Positions 14,001 to 26,228 of a stretch of 64,000 nucleotides of DNA are shown here, piece by piece. The stretch is taken from positions 9,179,129-9,243,128 of the forward strand of contig CM082576.2 in NCBI GenBank assembly GCA_040954595.2, in the 5' to 3' direction. Made by a program: the position numbers and the translations under genes. How positions within the stretch are numbered: the first letter of the stretch is position 1; every line of letters begins with the position of its first letter. The notes beneath the pieces were generated by a model. It was not told the DNA's origin and did no database searches. It saw nothing but the letters and a program-made list of their open reading frames with translations. This DNA comes from Balanoglossus misakiensis. Its lineage: Eukaryota > Animalia > Hemichordata.

Positions 14001-17000
14001 GATTGCTTTCTTTCAAGAGGTGGGAAAGTTATTTGGGAACAGAATTATCCGCGTGGAAACCATGTTGGCCTAGTAATCCGAAACTGAATAAAATCTGGTG
14101 GAAAAAAGGAAGGGGACAAAAGAGGTGGAAAAAACCGTACAGGACACCAAACAGGGTGCTACACAAACAAGCGAGTCCGATAGCCATCAATTGCTGCGGG
14201 GAAAAGGTGGTGACTTTTTCCCATCCCCCCGTTTTTTGCATTGATGCCGATAATGGGCGGCGGTGGTCTGCCTCCCCAATGACGTCACGCGTAAAACTGG
14301 TTGTGATAGAGACACGTGTGGCCACCGGGGGCTATTTGTATTGAAGGTAACAAACAAGACTTTTCAGTTGGAGATTTCAACCGAGATAAGGTTTGACCCG
14401 GCTCATGCCCACTGAATGCTTTATTGGAAAATCAAACTAAATGCCTATCACGTCCGTGCTATTTTTTCAGGGTATTTTGAGCCCCTGTTTCCCTCCAGTC
14501 TCCCCCGCTGTGGCTAAAGGCAGCGTCATTTCGGCGTTTTCTGTGGGGAATCTACGGTTGGCATGGTAAAGCAACAGTGCAACAATTAAGTAATAACACA
14601 TGATAGCGAGGGCAATATCACGATTTGACGTCTTAATGGTCCCTGTGTAAACCCAGGCATACTTTCGCGTCTAAAAAAAGTTTTCCTCGAGATACGTGTA
14701 TCAGACTTTAAGCGTGGCCCCATTTTCATTTATTAATGAAATTGAAATGTCACGCTCATATTCTACCCACGTCGCAACATCTGCCTATAGGCAAACAACT
14801 GCTTGACATTTTGCTTTACCTTTAAATATTAATTTAAGCGCACGTAAATACACTGGTTTCTACTAATCAGCTAACGACGGCGAAGAAGTTATCTTCTCAG
14901 TGGTGTGTGCAGTGTCTGTTGGGGGTTCTGCGTACCGTAGGGGTCACTTCAGTTGTCTTTATCGACGGTTCTTGTATTTGTCGCCGCTGAGAGACAGACA
15001 CAGAGACCGAGACGGATGGGTGGATGGGTGTGTGTTTAGGTGGGGCAGTTGATTTAGTTGGAAAATAGACTACAGGTGCTGCGTGGATCTTGGGCAAAGT
15101 TTAAACATTTATGAGTTAAACGTCAGTGGAGTTTTCCCAGGCATAGCTCTCCAATGACGCAAATCGGGAGTTGTTTTCCCCGGATTCTAACTTTCTTTGG
15201 TAAAACCGCGAGAGGAATGTAGTGCGCCTGACCCCAAAACCCCATCCTATCAGACAACACAACCAGAAAGGAATAAGATGCACATAATCAATACATCCGC
15301 TGTTTTTATTTCTTGAAAAGGAAAAACGAGACGGGAATGCGCTTGAACGCCTACTATTAATATACCATTACAAGATAAGATTGACGCGCACAAGGCTGCA
15401 TGCTATTATACCAGGCGTGGACCGTACTAAATTGAGGCTAAGTTGAGATGATTTTTAGATTGAATTATGCTGCTTGCGTGCGTAAACAGTTTCAGATACG
15501 TCGAAGCATTTCCTGTCTATTTAATCACACGCGATAGAGTGAGAATTCTGTGCACCACGGGGAGATCTCGCTGCTGACGTTAGGCGGGGGCAAAATTCCA
15601 TTTCCATTCCAATTCCGATATGGCAATGTGATGTCATAATCAATTAGTGTCTATATTGCGGCCGTCTTTTTTTCGGCGTCACATTGTTCGCACTGTGTTA
15701 CTCAGAACTCTATCTGAAAGCTTGCCATGTCTACTTTCCTAATCATAACTTGTCAGGTGGACTCATTGAGGTACTTCACGAGCGTGTAAACGAATTTCGA
15801 TCGCTCTCCCATCAGAACACGTAAATTATAAATGATTGATGCCTTTGTTCTACGATCGTCAATGTGGGGGCAGATTGCGTCAGTCGCCCGTCAATCTCTC
15901 ATATACTGATATAGACATTGTGTATTAAAATATCCCGAGTGGTTGCGTAGTCTCGCGTGCTTTTGTCAATCGTTCACAGGTGGAAATGAGAGAGGCTAGA
16001 CCCACGCCATATCCGATATGACCTTCTCTCCCTATAAATCTCCAACTGTTAATAGCAATTGAGATGTCGAAGAACGGAAATACATTTCACGTGCTGACGC
16101 AGTTTCCCTGAATGATTGTATTGAATATTCCCAGATTTCCAAAGTATGTTCGCGTACATATTTTGATAGTGTCCCTCAGCTGACCAGAGGGCGTCCTAAC
16201 TTTCGAATCGCGGGCAAACTTAGGTTTTTTATCTTTCACCATTGCGGCATGAGAAGCATACCGCCGTCGCTGGTGTCGTGTTTTGTCAGAATGTGGCACG
16301 ATGTTGAAAAGTTGCGTCATTATCAGCGACATGACCACCTGTTGATCGCATACTGGCCGGTAGCTGCAAGACCGAAAGTTCTATTCTCTGTCGTGCACCG
16401 AGACGATAATCAATGATCACTCACCTGCTGAAAAGGGAATAAAAGCAGAATTCTTCAGTATTTCTCCGTTGTTTCCGATGAACCTGCTTGGATCAAATCT
16501 TTCCGGGTTTTCCCAGCACCTGGGGTCGTACAGCGCTGACCAGATGTTCGCTAAAACGCACGTGCCTTTCGGTATGTGATAGCCCCTCAGGGTAACATCT
16601 TCGGTGGTCGAGTGAGGTATGGCCAACGGCGCCGGGGCGCTGCTGCGAAGTGTTTCCAGCACCGTGGCGTGCGTGTACGGCATCCTGAGCTTGTCCGCAA
16701 AACAGGGCCGTCGGTCGTCGCCGACCACCTCGTCAATTTCCGCCTGTACCCGGCGCTGGACCTCGGGGTTGGTTCCGAGGTAGAGACAGGCCCAGTACAG
16801 AGTGTCCGAGGTCGTCAAGGTCGAGGCGCTGAACAGGTCTATGAGGGTGGCCAGCATCACACTGTCGTCCGAAAAAGACGACGCTCTCCCCGTCTCCTTT
16901 TCCCTCTCCCTCTCCAAGAGATACGCGTCGGTGAAGTCGCGGATGTCCTCGGGGTCGAAACTAGCGCGGTGATCTTCGATTATCTTCCCGACGAACTCCT

Positions 17001-18116
17001 CGACGGGCACCTTGAGACGCAGCACGTCCGCCGACTTGTCTTGGCCGGGAAAGTAACGCAGGAACGGGAAGAAGTTCGCCGCGCTGCTGTTTTCGACGAT
17101 GGACGCAATTTTGAAGAAGATCCTGATGGTGGAGGTGAACTTCTCGTCGTTGTAGTCGTACCTGTTGCCAAAGCCGAACGTGCAGACTATATTGGAAATG
17201 GCACACTCTATGGTATCAACTGCGTCAATGGGTTCCCCGGCCGTGCCCTCCAAGAAATCGAGAAAATAGCCCACTTCACGTCGGACGATCTCCTCGACTT
17301 TGAGCTTACCGACACCGCATTCTCTGAGACCCTTCAGCATGAAGCGACGCTGCTCGTACCATGTATCACCGTAATCAGAGAACGTCAAACCTGGAATAAA
17401 TATAACCAGTAGAATCATTCACTTTAAATTTCTGAACTTTACATAGAATCAACTAATAGTATGCGTAATGACGTGACTACATCGTTAACCATGGTGAACC
17501 TTGGAAAGATTACGAGAAGTTTTACGTTTTATTCCATATTCCTAATATTGGAATTTACACCACAGGTGTACCGATATGGTGCAGCATTTCACCCCATCTC
17601 GAACCCATGTTAAAGTCCGTAATATACTGTAAATACAGACCCTACATATGACGTTTTCTAAACAGACTTAGTATCTCAGTAAATGTATGTCCAAATAGAT
17701 GGAGAGAGAGAGGGGGGGAGCGAGGGGAGACATGCAGACAGACAGAGAAACAAACCTTTTGGAAGTGCACCTTGGGGTCCGAAGCCCGGTCTCCCTGAGA
17801 ACTTATGGCCGTTATGAAGAAAAGCTTCTTTAATCGCTTCCCAACCATTGAGAACAACCAGACGCTGCATCCCCATCCGCACGCTGATGACGCCTCCGTA
17901 CTTCTCCGCCATTTTGGCGAACGTGATGTACGGTCTTTGGCCGATGCTCAGCAAACTGCCGATAACGGGCAAACCCCTCGGCCCGGGTGGGTACTTTTTG
18001 CCGGCCTGATTTCTCAGGTAGGAGGCGCCCACCAGAAAGCTCAGCAGAAACACCAGTAGAGTCGTCAAGAAATCAGAATGCCCCGCCGTAAGGGCTTTCA
18101 TCAGATAATCCAACAT
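10584..18116 (-). CDS. Cytochrome P450, CYP2 clan, 3 exons, ~508 aa
   Basis: Exons 18116-17756, 17390-16425 and 10783-10584 join in frame (1527 nt) through GT-AG phase-1 introns. Motifs: [27 protein letters not shown] and FIPFSAG|KRACTGE. Intron 2 is 5641 bp. Confidence 0.93.
10907..11074. repeat. (TCAA)n / (CCAA)n compound tetranucleotide microsatellite
   Basis: Visible TCAA repeats with TCGA and CCAA variants, inside intron 2 of the second P450. Confidence 0.95.
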
Positions 18117-18177
18117 TGTCACTTCACAGGTAGGACAGATTCTAAAAAAAATTTGTATTGGTGTGGCTGCCTGTGCA

Positions 18178-18200
18178 TTTATATGTCGACGTGACCTTCA
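18178..18200 (-). promoter_or_regulatory. TATA box and nuclear-receptor half-site upstream of the second P450
   Basis: Minus strand reads TGAAGGTCACGTCGACATATAAAT: TATAAA at 18183-18178, ~60 bp upstream of the ATG, preceded by AGGTCA at 18197-18192. Confidence 0.5.
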
Positions 18201-19444
18201 AATCGAAGGTAAGCTGCACTGAAGAACATTTTGTAAATATTTACAAAGGGACAAAGTTCTAGGTGACATTCATATGATCATGGACACTCTACATGTAACA
18301 CGAAAAGTGGCCCATCTTTCACATTCACGTATGTCCACATTTTCTATGACAAACTTATTCCACCTTACCCCCTCCTCAATGACTAAAGGTAAACCCCTCC
18401 CCATCTAAAAGCCAACACTCCCTTCCCTATCATTAGCTTCCCCAAATTACTGAAAGTACCCAATGTAAGAATTGAGAGTAAATCTAAGTTGAAGACAAGC
18501 AACTTTGATATTTAGGAAATGTACATTTTTCAAGTAAAATATTCTACATACTGGTACTAACATGGCCATTATAGAATGCAGCAACAGTGAGTGGACAACA
18601 CTGATATGAAATATTTTGAAAGAAGATATTTTATTCAGGATGTTCATAAAAAATATACAGTGGCAGTTAAAGACATTTTTTGCCTATGTCTGTTTGTTGG
18701 ACAACTTTATGAAAACTGACATTTCTCGTGAAAGTCTTGGGGTTTACGACAGCCTCTCCCAATTGCCAAGAGAGTCCATAAAATTGAATTTTCAGTTTAC
18801 ATGTACATTAAGATTTGGAAACCATTATCAATGATAACTTGTACCAAGTGTGAACCACCACTCTTTAAAATTCACAGTTCCTTAATGGGGATAAATGGGG
18901 CTCGTATTTCTGAAAGTTTCACTCAACATGTCATCCAAACACTCTCCATTGGCTCTCATATTTCACTCCTGTCATTTTCGTCTCCTCGGAACCTGTAAAG
19001 TGTAACTGTCGTGATCTACTTCTTGACAAAACCATTCGTCTGTCTTCAAACAGCACCATGTCGAAATGATTATTTACTGTCACTGGTTGATCTGTGCTTG
19101 GCAGGCCGAGCAAGCAGCGCCTATGTTTGTGTAATCTCGGTGTTCCTTCAGTGCGCTCCAAGGATGCCAACTCTTCAATCTCCGTCTAAGTTTACATAAC
19201 AGAGATCACGCACACCCAGATGTCCTGGCAGATTTGGTTATTTACAGACGGAGATGTTCTTGGAGGCCAGCACAGAATACTAACATAGTCCTTGGATTTT
19301 CTTGTCTTGTCCCTGCTGATTTCTACTTTCGTGACGCAGTCGCTCGCGTAAACAAACTAGGGATACATGAATGACAGAGTGAAGGCCAACGCTGATGTCT
19401 CGGAAGATTGTAGACACTACCATGTAAATTATTAACCGCTGGGT

Positions 19445-22400
19445 CTAATCATCATTTTGCGCATGTGCACTCTTCCATTTCTTAGCCATAGCCAGCAGTT
19501 TAAGATTGGGTTGGTTAGCTGCGTCTGTTGGAAATATGTAGTCGTAGTACTCCTCCCAGCCAGCATCAGACTAAAATGGAAAAGATAATTATAATTAATT
19601 TTTCTTCCTTTCTATCTGTATTCAATCAGAAGGATATATTTATCATGAGACTGTGACATTGGACCACAGTCACCATCTTTTGAAGTTTTTGTGGTCATTT
19701 TGTCTCATGTTGGACATTATGCCATTTGGCTTACTGCAACACGCTGAAGAGGCCCTGCCCTTTTCCTGGGTGCACTGCAATGGTTGTTTCAGTGTACTAT
19801 GGATGCTGCAGTTTTCCCAATTGAAGAGAGTAAAATCGACAAAAACAGTAATGTAACTTTTTACTCACCCCATCTTCTGTTTGAACTTTCCTCCTCTTCT
19901 TCACCTTCTTGGGCATCTGTTCTTGTACCTTCTGCAAGCTGTCATCATCACCACAGTTAACCTGAGACAAAATGAACACAGCATCAATCAATATTCTTAG
20001 CAATCTTCAGGGATGTTTATAACAACAAACGCACATAATAAAGCATTAGACAGACACAAATATTATACTTGTAGAGGTTTTCACTTGATGTCTCCAGTGC
20101 TGAATGAAAACAGACATCGCTCACCAGGTGTCTGAACCTTAACACATGGCTTATACCTGCACTCACTGAACTCACACACTTACTTCAAAGTCTCTCCACG
20201 ATTCCAGTAACATCAGCCTGTCCTCTTTCTCTTCGCTTCTTCTCAGCGTCTTGTTGGCTTTTTCGTAGATCGACCTGGCCCTGAAAACGCAGTCCTCGTC
20301 GCCAACTGACGCTTCAAACTGTGCATAGCTTATCCATACCTGTTGAAAAACAGAGTGAAAATTCATATACATAGCTGTTTGGGGCAAAAAAAAAATCAGC
20401 ATGGTAAAAAAACACCCATTTATATGCCTCAAGAATGGATTACTGATCCTCTTCCAGGCTGTTTTTTTTTAAAGCAAGAAACACTGACAGAACCATCACA
20501 ACCTAGGAAATGTGGCCATTACCTTGACGTGCTGCGTTCTTTCCAGCAGTCGATCGTACAATTCCCGCGTCCTGTCGTACTCTTCCTGTTCTATTTCCAA
20601 GTCAATGTAGGCCTTCCACAACACTTCGGGCATGTCCAGTTTGGGCTGGTTGATGGCCAATTCGTAGATGGCCCTCGCCCTCTCAGCATCGCCCAGAATG
20701 GTCTCCAGTTCGGCGTACTACAGGAGAACAACAGTCGAGTGTAAAAATGTCATCGTCTGCATTTCACGAGCATTTCACTAGTTACTTTTGAATGGTCTGA
20801 TAAATTCTTTAGTCACACTATTGATATTTACCTTCATCCATGTGGTGCAGTTCTCCATGTTGTACTCCAGGAATTTTTCGTACAGAATCCGGCACCTGTC
20901 AAACTCTCTCAGCTGCAATTCCAGTTCTATGTAACCTTTGAATAATTTGTCCTTGGGGCATTTCCCGATAGCTGTGCCCTGCGACATCAAACAGAACATG
21001 TATCTCAGACAAGAAGCAAGAAGATCACACATTACTTCAAGCACATTCCTGGTACAACACTCTCCTTCTGCCAAGTTTGAACAAAATCAGTATAGGCATG
21101 TGTTAGAATTATGATGCTGGACTTAGAGAACTTCATGATAATCAGCAATCTAGTAGCCATATTGGATTACATCACGAAACAAACTAATGTGCCTGTGTTC
21201 ACAAGTGACAAATGACTTCTGCACCTACCAGTATTTTCCTAGCATTCTGCAAATTCTTCTGTCTGATTTCAAACTGTGCAAAGAGCAGCCACAACTTTGC
21301 AAATGTGAACTTCTTATGAGGAATCAGCTCCAGACAGGCCTGATATACCTGCCTGGTTCTTTCATAGTCCTGAATTTCAAACAAAAAAACAGAGAATACA
21401 TTTCACAAACTGAAAACTGTGTGTGTTTTGACAGTATATGTTTAATATGGTAAATACTGATTAAAATGATTGAACGACCATTTGTGCAAAACTTACTCGA
21501 GCTTCCAGTTCTTCATACAACGCATAATTAATCCATAAATATATGTATCGCCTGTAGTATCTCTTTTCCTGCATCGGTGGCACATTCGCAATGGCCCTTT
21601 CATAGATCTCTCTCACTTGTTCCTCGGCGCCGTCAGCTTCAACAAGTCTCAAGTAATCGAACCAGGCGTCGTAGTTGTTGGGATTGGCCTTCACTTCCTG
21701 GGAACAGAATTATGGATGCTTTGTAGTTACTCTAGCCTCAGTGCATACACTTGTTGATGGGGTTACATTCAGTGCCCTGTCCTTTACGACAGTTTGCGAG
21801 ACTGACATTCTGCATGAACATTTTAGAAGAGATAGACCAAAGGTTTCAGATGGAGGTGTCCGTAATACAGAGAACAAAGGTGATCACCTACCTCTTCGTA
21901 CTGAAATCTTCTCTTGCTAACTATGACGTCTTCGATGCCGGCTCTGTCTCCGTACTTCTTCTCATGAATGGTGTAATTCTTGAACAATTCTTGCGCATTT
22001 TGTTTTGGAATGTGGTCCAGCGCATACTTGTAAATCGCTCGAACTCTGTCATGCTGTTCAGGGGGGAAAAAATCAGTCAAATCACACGAAAACTGCTGTC
22101 ACATAATCAGATTTTTGACACAATGCTTGCTACATATATTTGCACAAAGATCACGTACCTCTTTCTGTTTTTCTTCAAATCTTGCAAACGACACAAAAAG
22201 TTTTTCTTCCATGTTTTCCTCGCCGTAGAACTCGACTGCTCTCTCATAGACTCTCCTGGAATTGCCAGTGTAGTTGTGGTGTTCTTCAAAGTTGGCGTAT
22301 CTGATCCAGTTCTTGACATCAGGATGGACTATGACAAGTGAGTATAGTCAAGGAAATGTAATATTGATGGCAATGTATCTACACTATCAGGTTTTTGTTA

Positions 22401-25138
22401 ACATTGGGGGAGGTTTAATAGTTAGAACCAAAACCATGCAATTTAGGCAGTGCCTCCACACTGTGTATGCTCATACACTGTACCAGTAAGGATATATCTT
22501 TCATAGATTTGTCTGGCCCGGTCCACTTCTTTGTATCTGAGTTCCATCTTGATAAACGACAACCAGGCCTGTTCTTCTGGTTCCCATTCCGCCCACCTCT
22601 CGAAGACCTGCCTGGCGCCGGCAATGTTGCCCAACATTTCTTCCATGTAGGTGTACTTGTACCAGAACTGGTTGGCCCTCGGCATGATGGTGACGGCCCT
22701 GTCCCAAATGTTCCTAGCATGGTTGACTTGTCGATTTCTGTTGAGGAGGATAATGTCTCAATTTGTACATTGGATGCAGCAAGCAAGCATTTTTGTCATT
22801 TCCCACAAATTTTCTCTCAAATCCGTGAAAATGAACTGAATTCCACAATAGTGGCCACTATCCTTTAATTTTTCAAAAACACAAGAAACTCATTAACATA
22901 TCACTTAGTAATAATACCGACAGTTACGTTATGTCATTTAGTCTCTTCCTCTTTTCATTTTCAAGAGCACATCTTGTAATAAACGTATACTTGAATCTTC
23001 AACAATGCAAGGCCTTCAAGAAGATTACCGGCTTACAATCGGACCAAAAGTATAGAAAACAAACTCCTTTGCGCTTCACAGCTTGGTAATCTATCATTTG
23101 CTTTTTTCTCTCCTCATGTTGAAAGACCTTTCCCATGTAAACACACACGACCTTCAAAAGAAGATTGCAAGTGAGAAGACTCAGGATTCACAAGACAATT
23201 TCCTTGCACTCCACTTCAACTTTACACCCCAGTACTCACAAAAACAACTCGAAAACCTCTGTCTTATTCCTCGAGTCGTTCCCTCCTTGACCGTTTTGTT
23301 CAGACATTCAATTCATGGCCTTGCATTTCAGACCTGTTGGTGCCTAAGATCTAGGCAATTGTGTCTTTGCCAGTATCTCGGCCTTGGTGATTCCAAATTT
23401 AGTTTCAAGGCCTTTGCATCTATCCCCCCCCCCCCTAGATAACTACAGCATTACCCTTGTCAAGTAACGCTAGGGCGTCTAACTTATGCAAACATCTCTG
23501 TTGGGTAAACAAAGTGATACTGCATCAAGGAAAGTAGTACTCTTATTTTTGTTCATTCTGGCGAGCTCAAGATTTGTTTTCACCCGACAATACCACACAA
23601 CCAAGAAACTCTGGCAGCTTACACTGTGAAATCACAGAGTTACAATTCATAAACAAATGCACCATTGAAATTAGCCAATCACTGATTGCTTCACGATGTG
23701 TCTTCAGTGCAGTGTATGCTTACTGTTTGCCATGATGAGACACCCTTTCTGATTGGCTCGATTGCAATTTTCCTGAAACTGTACAATGATGACTTTTGGC
23801 TGGTGCTTGCCTTATGTCTAAAGGATGCCCACCGACTAAAATCAGAACCACAATCGCCTTTCCCCAATTCTGCACACACGTCATTTTCAAATCACCAGAA
23901 TCACAAATCATCACCCACAGCAAATGGCATTCAATTATTACAGATTCAACCAATCATCAACATCTTAGTACCCGGTAGTAAAAATGGAACTTACTTCATT
24001 TCCATTTCAGCATACTTCAACCATATTGTAATGTTCCTGTGATCCACATCCAGAGCTCTCTCATAAATTGATCTTGCCCTGCAAAGATATACAAATCATT
24101 AATATTCATATAAACAGTTATTAAAGTATCATCAGACTATCATCGTAAAAAAACCACCATCATTCCTTGATAAACAAATCAGCTTTAAATGAGGTGTCAT
24201 GTCACCTGTCAAATTCTCTCTGACTTTCTTCCCACTGTGCATATTTGATCCAATTTGCCATGAGATTTCGGTTCTTTCTTATGTTGTCTTCAAATTCCTT
24301 CCTCTTTTTCAGCCGATACTCCTGCAGCTCTTCTGGATCTGTGATCTTTTGTTTGGGGGGCTATTGTCGTTAAGGAAAGAAAAGAAAAAAAATGGTGTAT
24401 CTCTTTATCATGGAGAATTGACAGACTGCACCTGAAGTACAACATTATATCACGTATGGATATAGAAACTTACCGGAGGCACGGCTTCCAGCTCTCTTTC
24501 TTTAGCTTCCCTCAGGATTTGTTCGGCTGTTATCTGCAGCTCTGCAGGCATCTTGTTTTTCACCTGTAAAGAAAAATGATGGTCATTTCATTGCCACTGA
24601 CATCCCAAAAGTGTCATTCTGGTGCTCTAAAAGAAGGTGACTGCTCAATTATCTTATACATGCCACAATACATCACCCCATCAAATATACGTATCCACAC
24701 ACAGTATGCATTGCATCTCGAAGTTTAGACAGTGCAAATGCACTTTAACTTTAGACATTGGTAATAAAAGGTGATATGACAATTTCAGAAATTGTGTCAA
24801 GAAGTGAATTTCATCTAAATTCTGATGCCAGTGAGTGAGTGAGTGAGTAAGTGTATACATTATGCATTGTGCGTTTGAATGTGCGTCTAGTTATCTCCCT
24901 CTCCTACTTTTTTCATTGCCATTGTCATTATCAAGTCATCTCCTTGGTGCATAGTATACTACAGCACGACCAACACTTCTACAGCATGCATAGAGCCAAG
25001 TGTGATGGCGTTATTCACAACAAATGCATTGCAACGGATCACGGAAGCAAGCAAGCAAAGCCAAACATGTAAACAATCACAATCATGACATACCTTGGCC
25101 ACTTTGGGCGTTTTTGCCTTCCCTGTCGTTGTCGCCAT
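19445..25138 (-). CDS. CRNKL1: Crooked neck-like pre-mRNA splicing factor (HAT/TPR repeats; Clf1/Syf3), 14 exons
   Basis: Exons 25138-25094, 24563-24474, 24360-24206, 24078-23995, 22737-22496, 22337-22159, 22053-21892, 21697-21497, 21369-21229, 20978-20832, 20717-20523, 20339-20184, 19961-19869, 19570-19445. Diagnostic peptides: [81 protein letters not shown]. Confidence 0.97.
22338..22495 (-). other. U12-type (minor spliceosome) AT-AC intron in CRNKL1, 158 bp
   Basis: Donor ATATCCTT (22495-22488), branch site TTCCTTGAC ~10 nt upstream of an AC acceptor (22339-22338). Removing it restores [19 protein letters not shown]. Confidence 0.95.
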
Positions 25139-26228
25139 GGTTGTTGCGCGTGTGGTTATAGCGATTAATTAAAGTTTACAAGATAAAATTTCCACAACGA
25201 ATCTTCAAACACGCTTCGAGGAAATCCTACACAAAAAACGGGGATACCCAAAATGGCGTATATCTGACGTCAGACTGCACCACTATACCATCGTATCGTC
25301 AGTCTATTCATGAACTTGTACCGACCCTGTACTAGATATAAAATGTCATTTGCTTCAAAAGCTTCGTTGAATGAAACACTTTGGGAGTCGTTATTGCACG
25401 TTTATATGATCCAGTGAATTGTACAAAATAAACACAAAGAACACTCAATGTACAGATAGCAAAGAACAACCCCTATACATTAATGGTTTGCTCAAAGATT
25501 ACATGCAACATTTACTAACGTTAGGGGCGCCCTTCTTTGAACCTCGTACACAAGTAATAAGTAAGGAACGAGGAAAAATACTTAAATATCATGTACAGTT
25601 CATTCTAAATCTATTTAATGCTTAAAAATTATTTTGAAATTATTTTGCATTAACTACATAACATTGAGGTAATATATTACCTGTATGGTGATTATTTTAT
25701 TTTTGTTGTTCAACTCACGCGGATGTGGCTACCGTTGCCATAGAACGACGCTCCAACATGGCGGCTGTGTTTTGGTGAGCTCCCAGTCATACAAAAATAA
25801 CAGTCGAGCATCAAAGCAGAATCGAAGGTTGGCATTTCTTCCAGATATATGTCTGAATTGCATTGTGCACAGGTAGTAATCTTTCCACTCGTTCCATGCT
25901 TGTACCGCGTCAAGAGTTGATCTCTGGTGGTGATCAAGTTACCGATCACCACTAATGTTATGGCCGTAATACACATAGTGTCCACAGATCAACTGTCTCT
26001 GCTACATTTCGGTTTACTGTCAATTGTCATGTTACAAATTGACATAGAAGAAATTGACGACAATGCAATGATCATGTTTAAACAATGAAATTGAATTATT
26101 TTGTGGTCGTTGTAGAAGTATACTATACATCATTACATGTGTGTACATTTCTACCTGTACCTCCATGGTCAGTGTTGACCTTTTATTTAATTTTCATCCT
26201 ACTTAATTTTCATTTTCAGTGATACAAT
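25139..26228. promoter_or_regulatory. Shared bidirectional promoter / 5' UTR region of CRNKL1 and CFAP61
   Basis: Divergent ATGs 1.09 kb apart. YY1-like AAATGGCG near 25251, palindrome TCTGACGTCAGA at 25263-25274, X-box-like GTTGCCATAGAAC at 25734-25746, CAACATGGCGGC near 25754, donor GTGAG at 25775 and acceptor TTTTCAG ending at 26219. Confidence 0.6.

Noticed and set aside
23842-23913. Possible intronic C/D snoRNA (GTGATGA...CTGA on the minus strand) in CRNKL1
   Set aside because: No terminal stem and no rRNA or snRNA complementarity I can recognise.
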